Assembly: GCA_963791725.1 (NCBI GenBank)
Contig: CAWBTQ010000005.1
Coordinates: forward strand, 16,366 to 80,365
Direction of reading: 5' to 3'
Length of the DNA: 64,000 nt
Source of the DNA: an uncultured Chloroflexia bacterium
GTDB taxonomy: Bacteria > Chloroflexota > Limnocylindria > Limnocylindrales > CSP1-4
Translations under genes and position numbers: made by a program
Part shown: positions 10,766-20,259 of the stretch, in pieces
Numbering within the stretch: position 1 is the first letter of the stretch
Layout: the number at the start of each line of letters is the position of its first letter
The notes under the pieces: generated by a model
The model's database searches: none
The model's input: only the letters and a program-made list of their open reading frames with translations
What the model was told of the DNA's origin: nothing

Positions 10766-11097
10766 GGGTCGTCGTGCTGAATAGCGCCGCGATGGCTCAT
10801 GCCCGATGAGCGGTCTCGGGGCACACGAGAAGCGGATCGCGTCGACCGCTGACTCGAACCTCGCTCATCCGTGCGCTACTGCCGCGTTCTCCAGTGGTCG
10901 GCCGCCTCGCGCTCCAGGACGGCCAGGCGGGTGCAGTAGTCCGGGAATTCGGTCAGGTGGGCGAGTGCAATCTTCCCAGTGATGATCGAATCGTCCCCGG
11001 TGACGTCGGTCTTCGGGCTTCGCAGTCCGTGCTCGAGCTCGACGTCCAGCCCCTTGCGGAACTGCTCGAGGTCGTATGTCCGCGGCCCGATCGCGGC

Positions 11098-11676
11098 CTA
11101 CCTGGTCTGGTGCTTTCGTCCGACAAGCCCGAAGTGGTATGGCGGTAGATCCACGAGGCCGCCCTCGATCCTGAATCCTTCACCGGTCATCCATTTACGG
11201 CAATCCTCTGGGCTGGGGCGTATCGCCATCGATGGGCCGCGCGGAGTCGGCCGATCGCTGACCCAGTGCATGACCGCTGCCGCACCGCCGGGGGCCAGAA
11301 TCCTGTATGCCTCGCGCAGGAGGCGTCCCGGCTCCTCGGCGTGGAGGATGTTGAAGAGCATCACGTAGCCGATGCTCGCGTCGGGCAATCCAGTGCCTTC
11401 GGCCGCGAAATCCTTGAGATGAAGCCGGACGTTGGTAAGGCCGACGGTCTCTGCCTTCGCACCGGTCGCCCGGATCATCTCGGGCTCGATGTCGAAGCCG
11501 TGGACGATGCCCTTTATGAGCCTTGCGGCCGGGATCGTGAAGGTCCCATAGCCGCATCCGAGGTCGACGACGCTCGATGTCTCCGGCGTCAGGCCGAGAA
11601 GAGATAGCACGCCCGGCGGGTCGAAGAACTGTGCCCACATCGATTCGTCGGGCATCCCGCTTTCGCGAAGCTTCAT
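11098..11676 (-). CDS. Class I SAM-dependent methyltransferase.
   Basis: Motif I VVDLGCGYGTF is present. The start is trimmed to the ATG at 11676 (MKLRESG...); the upstream part of ORF 11098..11850 looks spurious. Confidence 0.8.
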   Translation of the reverse strand: MKLRESGMPDESMWAQFFDPPGVLSLLGLTPETSSVVDLGCGYGTFTIPAARLIKGIVHGFDIEPEMIRATGAKAETVGLTNVRLHLKDFAAEGTGLPDASIGYVMLFNILHAEEPGRLLREAYRILAPGGAAAVMHWVSDRPTPRGPSMAIRPSPEDCRKWMTGEGFRIEGGLVDLPPYHFGLVGRKHQTR

Positions 11677-11859
11677 GCCTCTCCTGCAGCGTGTCGGGGC
11701 TCTAACAGCGGTGGCGTCGCAAATGGCCGCCCCGCGTTCGGGCCGACATCGTATGCCGTCGCGGAGCCCGGCGCGAGCGGTTGCTCTGACACCACGGCTC
11801 GATCCTGGGCCTGACAGGGGGAACGTTGCCTTGCATCCGGCCGATCTCACGCCGCCGAC

Positions 11860-12048
11860 TCAGACTTCGAGCTCTCGCTCCAGCAGGACGGTTACCGGTC
11901 CCTTCTGGGGCGGAGGGAGCGTCAGATCGGCGCTTGCAACGTGCCAACCCTGGCGCCCCAGCTCGGCCAGTCGCTCGACGAGCTGGAGCAGGCGCGGCTC
12001 GTCCCGGTTGAGCGGTATCCGTTCAATTCGGTATTCGACGCGTGTCAT
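11860..12048 (-). CDS. Small DUF4177-like protein (62 aa).
   Basis: MTRVEYRIERIPL...LGRQGWHVASA resembles the DUF4177 pattern (K-W-EYK ... LG-EGWELVSV). A GGAGGA RBS sits 6 nt upstream of the ATG, and the gene is divergent from the Crp gene. Confidence 0.5.
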   Translation of the reverse strand: MTRVEYRIERIPLNRDEPRLLQLVERLAELGRQGWHVASADLTLPPPQKGPVTVLLERELEV

Positions 12049-12139
12049 CGTGGGTCCTCCGATCGGCCTCCGCGCGGAGCGTTCCATCGAGCCGCCGGTT
12101 GCTGTAGCGTTGTGCAAACCGCCAGCGGCGAGGACAGCC

Positions 12140-12838
12140 GTGGAGCACAACCCAGGACAGCGAGTCGCCCCCTCGCAGGAGGCTATCCCGTCGGGCTTTC
12201 TCGCGACCCTCCCGACGACGGCCGCCTTGCGTCTCCTCGACGACGCGGTTCGCATCGACGTCCCGGCCGGCGGCACCGTCTACCGCGACGAGGAGCGCGG
12301 CCGTGTGATCGTCGTGCTCCACGGCTTGCTACGCACTTACTTGAGTTCGGTCGACGGTCGGCAGGTCACCATCCGCTATTCGCGCAGCGGCGAGGTAGTT
12401 GGCCTCGCGCTCGTCCTCGGCGGCCCGGCGCCGATAACGATCCAGGCCCTGACGAGCGCCTCTGTGGTGGCACTGCGTCTCGACGTGCTGCGCACCTTGC
12501 TCGAAACCGATCCTGCGGTCGCTCGCGCCTGCGCCGAAGAGCTCGCTCGTCAGCTGTTCCGGGCCTTCGACGAGATCGGCGACCAGGCGTTCCTGAGCGT
12601 GCGCCAGCGTGTGTCACGGCAGCTGCTCGATCTGGCCGGTCACACCACTGAGGGCGCTCTCGTCGCGCGCGTGAGCCAGCAGGAGCTGGCCGACGCGATC
12701 GCTTCCGGCCGCGAAGTCGTGTCGCGTGCCATTCACGAGTTGCAGCAGGCCGGACTCGTGAGCTCGACCCGCGCGGGCATTGTCGTGCACGACCCGATCG
12801 GGCTCAGCGACGAGGCCTCCAAGACCGGGCGCGGCTGA
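12140..12838 (+). CDS. Crp/Fnr-family transcriptional regulator.
   Basis: A cNMP-binding-like beta-roll (RYSRSGEVVGLALVLGG) precedes a C-terminal HTH (VSQQELADAIASGREVVSRAIHELQQAGLV). The start is set at an in-frame GTG at 12140; the upstream part of ORF 11675 would overlap two other genes. Confidence 0.72.
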   Translation: MEHNPGQRVAPSQEAIPSGFLATLPTTAALRLLDDAVRIDVPAGGTVYRDEERGRVIVVLHGLLRTYLSSVDGRQVTIRYSRSGEVVGLALVLGGPAPITIQALTSASVVALRLDVLRTLLETDPAVARACAEELARQLFRAFDEIGDQAFLSVRQRVSRQLLDLAGHTTEGALVARVSQQELADAIASGREVVSRAIHELQQAGLVSSTRAGIVVHDPIGLSDEASKTGRG

Positions 12839-12889
12839 CGGGCTCAGCACGACTCCGCGTAGGGGTTGCACCGGACGGGTGCGCGTTGG

Positions 12890-13123
12890 TCAGTGCGAGG
12901 GCGCCCAATGCGCGGCCGGGGGGGTGTGGCGGAAGCCACTCAGGCCCCGCGAGCCCTCGGGCATCTGAGCCGCGGCCAAATGGCGAGGCATGCCCTGGCC
13001 CTGGTCCCCGACCCACTGGTCCTTGGTCCAGTGGGGCACTGCGTCTCGATCCTGCGCAGGGTCCTCGCCCGCCCACTGTTCGCCTACCCAGTCCTGATAC
13101 TGCTGTGCGTTCTGGCCGTACAT
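12890..13123 (-). CDS. Hypothetical small Trp/Gln-rich protein (77 aa).
   Basis: A near-perfect RBS AAGGAGG lies 7 nt upstream of the ATG at 13123. The protein has internal repeats QDWVGEQW / KDQWVGDQ and no recognised homology. Confidence 0.4.
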   Translation of the reverse strand: MYGQNAQQYQDWVGEQWAGEDPAQDRDAVPHWTKDQWVGDQGQGMPRHLAAAQMPEGSRGLSGFRHTPPAAHWAPSH

Positions 13124-13354
13124 GGTGCGGCCTCCTTTCGCTAGCCAATCGCCCCGGTGGGCCTCCTGGGACCCTTACGCCGGGTCGTTCTCGATGGCCT
13201 AAGGGTGCCGCTCGGCGCTGCCGACGTCTGCGATAGGTGCGCAGCCGACATGCGACTTATGTCACGGGATCGTCGGTGGCCGGCGCCGCAGGCGCCACTC
13301 CAGGGCGGACCCGATAGAACGACACGGCTGCGGGGCTGGCTGCCGCATAAGGAA

Positions 13355-13382
13355 GGGGCGAGCCACAGCGTGCTCGCCCCTT
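13355..13382 (-). terminator. GC-rich hairpin downstream of the acid phosphatase gene (candidate intrinsic terminator).
   Basis: The stem GGGGCGAGC pairs with GCTCGCCCC around an 8-nt loop, about 45 nt past the stop at 13426. The T-tract is weak, as expected in a high-GC genome. Confidence 0.35.
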
Positions 13383-13425
13383 CGCAGTCAGGCCGGGCGT
13401 TCGACGTCCGGCCTGGTCAATCGGG

Positions 13426-14274
13426 TTAGGGGAGGAAGTAGTTCGGGTTCGGGAGCTTGAAGGTGGCGTCTTCGAAGCCACCGGAGAAGTCGCTGAACTG
13501 GTCGCCGAAGTTGGCCACGATCTCGTAGCCGAGCGACTCGATGTGGGCTCGCGTGGCGGCCTTGTAGTGGTCGGTCGTGCACGAGCCGTTCGGATCGTTG
13601 GCGCAGGCGGCTTGCAGATAGGGCGGGTAGTTGGCGACAGCCGGCTTCGTGAAGAGGCCATCCTCGCCGTCATTGAGGGTCGTCGGCGTCGGGTAGCCGG
13701 CGTCGAGGCCGATGCTGTCCGAGCTCGTCAGGTTGCCCAAAGTCGCGGCTTCCTGCGCCGCTCCACGGCCGGTGATCCAGATGATCGCGTAGCCCTCATC
13801 TGCCGCGGCGTTCACCATCGCCACCATGCCCGGAACGGGCGGGAACAACTCGCCGAGCACGTAGGTCGCGTTCGATGTCGGGCTGTAGGCCCAGTTGCTG
13901 AAGATCTCGTAATTCCACGTGGCCAGGGTGGTGTCGTCCACGTCGAGGACGATCGCCTTGATCCCCGACGGAGCGTGCGACCTGGCCTGCGCGGCAAGCC
14001 AGCGACCGCCGCTGGCCGCGACAGACTCGGCCTCCATCGCGTAGTTGCTGTCCGCGGCGAATTCCCCGATGCCCATCGGATCGCCGTAGTAGTTCCTGAT
14101 CTGCTGGCGCAGTACGTCGATGTTCGTGATCTGCGACGCCGAATGCGGGGTGGTGGTCTGGATGGCCGGTCCGGTGGCTGCGAGGGCCACGCCGGTGACG
14201 ATCACGGACAGCAGCACGGCGCCGATGAGGGTTGCCGAATGCCGGGCGCGCGAGGAACGGGTCAGAACTCTCAT
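13426..14274 (-). CDS. HAD-superfamily class B acid phosphatase (secreted lipoprotein e(P4) / 5'-nucleotidase-like).
   Basis: A signal peptide is followed by DDT catalytic motif I (IVLDVDDTTL) and a C-terminal GDQFSDF motif. The start is at the ATG at 14274, with a GGAGGA RBS upstream. Confidence 0.8.
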   Translation of the reverse strand: MRVLTRSSRARHSATLIGAVLLSVIVTGVALAATGPAIQTTTPHSASQITNIDVLRQQIRNYYGDPMGIGEFAADSNYAMEAESVAASGGRWLAAQARSHAPSGIKAIVLDVDDTTLATWNYEIFSNWAYSPTSNATYVLGELFPPVPGMVAMVNAAADEGYAIIWITGRGAAQEAATLGNLTSSDSIGLDAGYPTPTTLNDGEDGLFTKPAVANYPPYLQAACANDPNGSCTTDHYKAATRAHIESLGYEIVANFGDQFSDFSGGFEDATFKLPNPNYFLP

Positions 14275-14690
14275 GTGATCCTCCGTATGTGCATGCCCAT
14301 TTGCACGACGATGCCAGCCCTCCCATCGTCCACCGGCGAGGCGTTCGTCCCGAAACCGCCCTCCGTCGGTGACGCGTCTGAGGGAGGTTTGGCGCAGTGA
14401 TGCCATTCACTCGGAACGAACGACTCTCATGCGGTACTCGCTAGATCCGATGGAGTCGCCGGAGGCCTGCCTGGGCTAACAGTACCAGCGTCGTCCAGCC
14501 ACGACGCCGCGCCCGAGCGTCGTGGTGAGCTGGAGGGACGACCGGCCGTTCGGCAATGGACACCGCCGACCCGCCTCGGGCAACCGCCCGGGTCGGGCAG
14601 TTCGGGCTTTATCGGCGCGCAGTAGGCTGGCTTGGACTGCGATATCGAGGGAGTGTTCCCCCCACGGGCGTTACGCCCAGGAGCTGCGCG

Positions 14691-16409
14691 ATGACCGAGT
14701 CGTCCAAGACCACGATCGGCGGTTACCTCATCCAACGGCTGTCGGAGTATGGAGTGGGCCATGTCTTCGGTGTGCCGGGCGACTTCGTGCTCACCTTCAT
14801 GCACGAGATCGAGGGGAGTCCGCTGCAGCTGATCAACACCTGCGATGAACAGGGAGCCGGGTTTGCCGCCGACGCATATGCGCGCCTCAACGGGCTCGGG
14901 GTGGTCGCGGTTACCTATGGTGTCGGCGGGCTGAAGATCGCCAACACGACCGGACAGGCCTACGCGGAGAAGTCCCCGGTCGTCGTGATCAGCGGTGCCC
15001 CGAGCATGGAGGAGCGGCGACTGCATCCGCTCATTCACCACAAGGTTCGGTCGTATGACACGCAGTACCGCGTCTTTCAGCAGCTGACTGCGGCCGCGAC
15101 CGTGCTGGATGACCCCGAATGTGCCGGCGCCGAGATCGATCGCGTCCTGGCAGTCGCCAAGCACCACAGCCTGCCCGTCTACATCGAGCTGCCGCGAGAC
15201 ACGATCGATCTCCAGATCGATCGTCCCAATGCGCCGCCCCAGTCCCTCGAAGAGAGCGATGGCCAAACCCTGATTGCGTCCGTGGCCGAGGCCGTGGCAT
15301 GGATCAACCGGGCAGAGCGACCGGTGATCGTCTTTGGGGTCGAACTGATTCGGTTCGGGCTGCAGGATCTCGTGATGGACTTCGTCGAGAGGAGTGGGAT
15401 TCCGGCCACGGTCACGCTGTTGGACAAGGGTGCGATCCAGGAGCGGCACGACTCGTTCCTCGGCGTGTACGCAGGGGCGCTCGGACGAGACGAGGTCCGG
15501 GAGTACGTCGAGGGAAGCGACTGCCTGATCATGCTGGGCACGTTGCTCACAGACATGAATCTGGGCGTCTATACGGCCAAGCTCGATCCCGCGCGCTGCA
15601 TTCACGCGACGCGCGACCGGCTGGCGATCGGGCTGCATACCTTCGAACGGGTCGGCCTCGAGGACTTCGTTGCCGGTCTGGCCGCAGGTGGCGTCGTTCG
15701 GCGGCATGTTGGCGATCACCCGCGGGCGCCACTCCCACAGGACGCCGGCGTCGAGGTCGGTGACGGCGCTGACGCGATCACGATCGCTCGCCTGTTCCGC
15801 CGCCTCGAGTCTTTCCTCACCGACGAGATGGTCGTTCTGGCCGACCCCGGCGACGCGCTCTTCGCCTCGATCGATCTCCCTGTGCAGGGAGCGCGGGCGT
15901 TTCTTGCGCCGGCGTTCTACGCCTCGCTCGGTTTTGCGGTGCCGGCGGCGATAGGCGCTCAATGCGCGTGTCCCGACTCGCGTCCCCTGGTGCTGGTCGG
16001 CGATGGGGCGTTCCAGATGACCGGAGTGGAGCTGTCCACGTGCGCCAAGTTCGGCCTCGATCCGCTCGTGATCGTGCTCAACAACGGCGGCTACACGACC
16101 GAACGGCTGATCCTCGATGGCGCTTTCAACGATATCCAGCCCTGGGACTACAGCAAGCTTCCGGACCTGCTGGGCGCCGGCCGATCCTATGTCGTGAAGA
16201 CTGTCGATGATCTGGACGCGGCACTCGGCGCCGCCAGCGCCCGCAACGGACAGTTCTTTCTGATCGACGTGCGCTTGGACAGCAAGGACGTTTCTCCGGC
16301 GCTGGTTCGTCTTGGCGAGGGACTGAAGAGCGCCGCGAACGCCGGCCTGCGCAGCACGCCCGCCGCGATAGCGACGCCGGCGAGCCGTGAGGTCGTTCCG
16401 TCTGGCTAG
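14691..16409 (+). CDS. TPP-dependent alpha-keto-acid decarboxylase (indolepyruvate / phenylpyruvate / pyruvate decarboxylase family).
   Basis: The N-terminal Pyr domain (GVPGDFVL...DEQGAGFAADAYAR) and the C-terminal TPP-binding GDGAFQ motif are present. The start is trimmed to the ATG at 14691, with an AGGAG RBS 8 nt upstream. Confidence 0.85.
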   Translation: MTESSKTTIGGYLIQRLSEYGVGHVFGVPGDFVLTFMHEIEGSPLQLINTCDEQGAGFAADAYARLNGLGVVAVTYGVGGLKIANTTGQAYAEKSPVVVISGAPSMEERRLHPLIHHKVRSYDTQYRVFQQLTAAATVLDDPECAGAEIDRVLAVAKHHSLPVYIELPRDTIDLQIDRPNAPPQSLEESDGQTLIASVAEAVAWINRAERPVIVFGVELIRFGLQDLVMDFVERSGIPATVTLLDKGAIQERHDSFLGVYAGALGRDEVREYVEGSDCLIMLGTLLTDMNLGVYTAKLDPARCIHATRDRLAIGLHTFERVGLEDFVAGLAAGGVVRRHVGDHPRAPLPQDAGVEVGDGADAITIARLFRRLESFLTDEMVVLADPGDALFASIDLPVQGARAFLAPAFYASLGFAVPAAIGAQCACPDSRPLVLVGDGAFQMTGVELSTCAKFGLDPLVIVLNNGGYTTERLILDGAFNDIQPWDYSKLPDLLGAGRSYVVKTVDDLDAALGAASARNGQFFLIDVRLDSKDVSPALVRLGEGLKSAANAGLRSTPAAIATPASREVVPSG

Positions 16410-17098
16410 CCTCCGGCCTGAACGCCGATGAGGGAGCCGACCGCGAACGTCACGGCAGCCGCAGAGGCACCGAGCAGGACCTGACGGGCGCTCGCGAAGA
16501 GCGGGGGGCGATGGGTCAGGCGGCTGATGCCGTAGCCGAGCAGCGCGAGCGCACCCAGGCTCGCCCCGAGACTCGTCACGAACGCCGTTCCACCGGCCAG
16601 GAGCACGTACGGGACAAGCGGCACGAGCGCGCCGATCGTGAATGCCACGAACGAGCTTGCGGCGGCTGCCGTCGGCGAACCGATGGATCGGGCGTCGAGC
16701 CCTACCTCCTCGAAGATGAGTAACGTGGCCGCGTGCTCGGGGTCGGCGAAGACCCGGTCGACGAAATGCGACGCCTCGTCGCTCGTGAACCCACGCCCTC
16801 GGTACACACGGGCGAGGATCTCGCGCTCCTGATCGGGGGTATCGCGAATCTGCGCCCGCTCGAACGCCAGCTGGTGGTCGAGGAGCTCGCGCTGGGATCG
16901 GACCGAGATGAACTCGCCGACCGCCATCGAGAAGGCGCCCGCGAGCAGCCCCGCCACGCCCGCCAGGACGATTACGCCCGGCGCCGGATTGGCGCCCGCG
17001 ACGCCCATCACGAGGGCCAGGTTGCTGACCAGCCCGTCATTCGCTCCGAAGACGACCGGCCGCAACACCGCGTTCGCCTGAGTCTCGTGCGGCGACAC
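16406..17098 (-). CDS. VIT1/CCC1-family Fe/Mn transporter.
   Basis: The family signature FGANDGLVSNLALVMGVAGA plus five TM helices are present. The start is tentatively the GTG at 17098 (VSPHETQ..., a His/Glu N-terminus typical of VIT). The 426-aa ORF to 17686 runs through the mgsA gene and is an artefact. Confidence 0.65.
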   Translation of the reverse strand: MSPHETQANAVLRPVVFGANDGLVSNLALVMGVAGANPAPGVIVLAGVAGLLAGAFSMAVGEFISVRSQRELLDHQLAFERAQIRDTPDQEREILARVYRGRGFTSDEASHFVDRVFADPEHAATLLIFEEVGLDARSIGSPTAAAASSFVAFTIGALVPLVPYVLLAGGTAFVTSLGASLGALALLGYGISRLTHRPPLFASARQVLLGASAAAVTFAVGSLIGVQAGG

Positions 17099-17247
17099 CT
17101 CCCGCCCTGGGAGCGGCCGCAAGAATGGGATTCGGTTCCAGAGCCAGAGAGTCCTCACTCGGGAGCTCCACGGTGCGGGGTCGGTCCCACGAGTGTATCG
17201 GAGAGGCTCACCGTCCGGCTGAGCCGTCCCTCGGCGTCGCCCGCAGG

Positions 17248-17760
17248 TCAGTCGGCTCCGTCGGCCGCTCCGGGGACGCCAGCTCCCTCGGTCGGGTCCA
17301 CCTCTTCGTCTATGGCGATTTCGCGGTCGTTGTGGGCCGTGTAGTCGGGTACTGTCCGCTCGTACGAGCCGGTCATCAGGGGCGAGGAGATCATGAAGTC
17401 GGCCGATGCGCGGTCGCACGCGACCGGGATGTTCCACACGACCGCGATCCGCAGAAGCGACTTGACGTCGGTGTCGTGAGGCTGGGGTTCGAGTGGGTCC
17501 CAGAAGAAGACCAGGAAATCGATGCTGCCGTCGGCGATCATGGCCCCTATCTGGAGGTCGCCGCCCAGCGGGCCGGACTGGAGGCATGTCACCGGCAGAT
17601 CGAGCTCTCGTCCGAGCATCGTCCCGGTGGTCCCGGTCGCGACGAGATCGTGCGCGGCCAGCATGCCCCGGTTGTAGCGGGCCCATTCGATCAGGTCTTG
17701 CTTCTTGTTGTCATGGGCAACGAGCCCGATCCGCTTGCGTGGTTTCAGGTCTAGAGTCAT
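17248..17760 (-). CDS. mgsA: Methylglyoxal synthase.
   Basis: The protein is 170 aa with RIGLVAHDNKKQDL, TGTTG and GGDLQIGAMI motifs, as in MgsA. Confidence 0.9.
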   Translation of the reverse strand: MTLDLKPRKRIGLVAHDNKKQDLIEWARYNRGMLAAHDLVATGTTGTMLGRELDLPVTCLQSGPLGGDLQIGAMIADGSIDFLVFFWDPLEPQPHDTDVKSLLRIAVVWNIPVACDRASADFMISSPLMTGSYERTVPDYTAHNDREIAIDEEVDPTEGAGVPGAADGAD

Positions 17761-17866
17761 GCGCCATCCTCCGCCGGCCGCGGCACCGATTCGCCGCTGG
17801 CCTGCGTCAGCATGGCAGAAGTGGCGGCGAGCCTCGTACAGGGATGCCGGCCGACCGCGCTCGCGG

Positions 17867-18832
17867 TCAGGCGATCGACGGGGAGCCCGCCGGATAGGTC
17901 TCGAGCGGTTCGGCCACTACTCTGTTGGGGCTCTCGGTCCAGCCATCATGGCGCAGAAGAGGCGCAATGCCGATGAGCATGATCAGGCTCGTGTCGTAGA
18001 TGTAGGGAAGGGAGATCACGGCCACGATCGGCATGACCCATCTGGCGTTGTAGTGCGCGGCAACGATCGTCATGACCGCGGCGATTGCCAGGCGGGGTAC
18101 GAGCGGCAGGATGTGGTAGGCGAACGACGGCTCGGGGAACTTCGCGTTCAGTTCTATTACGTTCAGCCAATCCCACCACAGGTTCGATGAGAAGCTGAAC
18201 GAGACCAGGACGATCGCGGCGGTGGCTCCGAGAGCGATGAAGAGGTTGCGCCACTCACGTCGGACGACGAACCACAGCAGGCCCACGCCCGGCGTGACCT
18301 TGGTCAGCAACAGGAATGCCCAGGCCCACGGTCGCCGGAAGCCGGCCACGACCGCCAATCCGATCAGTGTTGCGACGTTCCCGGCCGACAGCGCGTGCCT
18401 CGGGATGAGCAGCACCGCTATCCCGAAGGTGATGAAGACTTCCGGGAAGAGCAGCAGAGAGAGCCACGGTCGGGCGAGCCATAGAAGCGTCGCCGTGAGT
18501 ATGGCCAGCCAGATGCCATAGAAGACCTCCCAGGGCAGAACCAGGATCGGCCAGAAGGCCTGGGCAAAGGCCGGGGAGTAGAGATATCCCTGAGGTCTGA
18601 CGGTTGCCGCGAGGGCCGTGCCGTAGAGGCTGTTCCCATGCACGTTGACCCAGTACGTGTATGCGTCGCCCTTGTAGATGTCATGCATGAAGCGCACATA
18701 TGCGCCCGCTGCCAGCAGGACGGCCAGGAGCAGCACGGCCCGCTGCACGTTCCGCCGGGTGGTGAACTCGGCGACCGCGTCCCGCGAATGGCGGAGCCAA
18801 TCCGGGCTGCGTTGGAATGGCGCCTCTCTCAT
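17867..18832 (-). CDS. Polytopic membrane protein, GT87/DUF2029-like glycosyltransferase candidate.
   Basis: About 9 TM helices with Trp/aromatic-rich loops resemble the GT-C-like mannosyltransferase/DUF2029 family. There is no soluble domain. Confidence 0.5.
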   Translation of the reverse strand: MREAPFQRSPDWLRHSRDAVAEFTTRRNVQRAVLLLAVLLAAGAYVRFMHDIYKGDAYTYWVNVHGNSLYGTALAATVRPQGYLYSPAFAQAFWPILVLPWEVFYGIWLAILTATLLWLARPWLSLLLFPEVFITFGIAVLLIPRHALSAGNVATLIGLAVVAGFRRPWAWAFLLLTKVTPGVGLLWFVVRREWRNLFIALGATAAIVLVSFSFSSNLWWDWLNVIELNAKFPEPSFAYHILPLVPRLAIAAVMTIVAAHYNARWVMPIVAVISLPYIYDTSLIMLIGIAPLLRHDGWTESPNRVVAEPLETYPAGSPSIA

Positions 18833-18963
18833 CTGGCCCTCATGCGGCGGCCGATCGCACGAGCGATCTCATGCTCGCCAGAGTCTAGGCTGCCGCGCGG
18901 ACGCGTCGGCCGTAATTCGGAAATGGTCGTGCCGCCCGAGGCGAAGGTCGTCCGGCCCGCTCT

Positions 18964-19986
18964 TCACGAAGCGAACGCTGCGACCGCGTTCTCCAGACCC
19001 AGCTGGTAGGCGGCAATCAAGCGGTCCCAGCGGGCGTCCATCTCGGCGTCCACCTTCTGTCGGGCCGGGTCGGCGTCGAACCAGGCGACGGTTCGCCGGA
19101 TCCCCTCGGCGAATGGCGTCACGGCGCGGAAGTCGGGCACGAAGCGCTTGATCTTCGTCGTGTCGAAGACGGCGCTTACGGCCTTGTCGCCGATCAGTGT
19201 GCCGGTCATCTCCGGCATGCACGCCGCGATGAAGTCGGACGCGATGTGGATGACCCGAGCCTCGACTCCGGCCGCGGCCGCGGTCTGCCGGTATATCTGG
19301 TCCCAGGTCAGGACCTCGTCCGACATTATGTTGAAGGCATGGCCGATCGTGTCCGGTCGTCCGAGCAGGCCTGACAGCCCCACCGCGAAATCGCTGTTGT
19401 GGGTGATCGTCCAGAGCGACGTTCCGTCGCCGGGCACGATCAGCGGCTTGCCCTGACGCATCCGTGCGATCGCCGTATAGGGAAGCTCCCAGCTGTTCAC
19501 GGCCAGCGGTACCTGAGTATCGCCGTAGGTCAGCGACGGGCGGACGATCGTGATCGGAAACGCGTCCTCGCGATAGGCTCGCATCAGGCGCTCCTCACAG
19601 GCAATCTTGCCGCGCGAGTACTCCCAGAACGGGTTCGCCAGGGGCGTGTCTTCTCGAATGAGCCAGTGGCCGAGCGGCTTGAGGTATGCGCTCGCGGAGC
19701 TGATGAAGACGAACTGCCCGGCTCGATCCTTGAAGAGGCGGAGGTCGCGTTCGATGTCGTCGGGAGTGAACGCGATCCAGTCGACGACGACGTCGAACCG
19801 CTGGCGGCCGAGCAAGCTCGCCGTCTCCGCCTCGTTGCGGAGGTCGGCGACGATGGTTGTCGCACCCAGCGCCCGATCCGGATCGCGGCCGCGATTGAGC
19901 AGGTAGACCTCGACGCCGCGGTCCACCACCAGTCGGGTGCAGGCGCTGCTGATCAACCCCGTTCCGCCGACGAACAGGACCTTCAT
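18964..19986 (-). CDS. NAD-dependent epimerase/dehydratase (extended SDR).
   Basis: The N-terminal Rossmann motif MKVLFVGGTGLISS is present, and the YxxxK region matches the extended-SDR fold. Confidence 0.85.
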   Translation of the reverse strand: MKVLFVGGTGLISSACTRLVVDRGVEVYLLNRGRDPDRALGATTIVADLRNEAETASLLGRQRFDVVVDWIAFTPDDIERDLRLFKDRAGQFVFISSASAYLKPLGHWLIREDTPLANPFWEYSRGKIACEERLMRAYREDAFPITIVRPSLTYGDTQVPLAVNSWELPYTAIARMRQGKPLIVPGDGTSLWTITHNSDFAVGLSGLLGRPDTIGHAFNIMSDEVLTWDQIYRQTAAAAGVEARVIHIASDFIAACMPEMTGTLIGDKAVSAVFDTTKIKRFVPDFRAVTPFAEGIRRTVAWFDADPARQKVDAEMDARWDRLIAAYQLGLENAVAAFAS

Positions 19987-20259
19987 TTGGCCGGTCTCCT
20001 ACACGCGCGTGCCAGCCTTGAGCGACACGACGTCGAGTTCCGCGGGTCGGAGCCACGAGGCAACCGGCGGCCCGCATTCGTATGAGTGCATCGCAGGGTG
20101 CTAGGATTGCAGACGAGGGACAACCCCGACATCGACGAAGCCGCCCCGCTCCGGGGAGTGTACAGGGCTGAAGCGAGAGGCCGAACCTACATGCCCAGGG
20201 TGACCGATCAACCCGGCCCGAGGATCTCCACGCCGCGGGTGCCCGTGCCCGTGACGACG

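Noticed and set aside
12060-12139. Crp/FNR-type palindrome (TGTGA-N6-TCACA or TTGAT-N4-ATCAA) in the crp upstream region.
   Set aside because: Only a non-palindromic TGTAGCGTTGTGCAAA is present, with no dyad symmetry.
14427-15962. 511-aa antisense ORF opposite the IPDC-like decarboxylase gene. Similar long antisense ORFs appear at 21948-23363, 28433-30433, 32918-34105, 35254-36522, 38439-39899 and 57305-58927.
   Set aside because: The proteins are Arg/Pro/Gly-rich and low-complexity, with no domain. They lie exactly antisense to well-supported genes, which is a typical stop-codon-poor frame artefact of a 70% GC genome.
16406-17686. 426-aa ORF that appears to give the VIT transporter a long N-terminal domain.
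   Set aside because: The extension is Arg-rich junk and runs straight through the independently supported mgsA gene (17248-17760) in another frame. The VIT gene is trimmed to about 17098.
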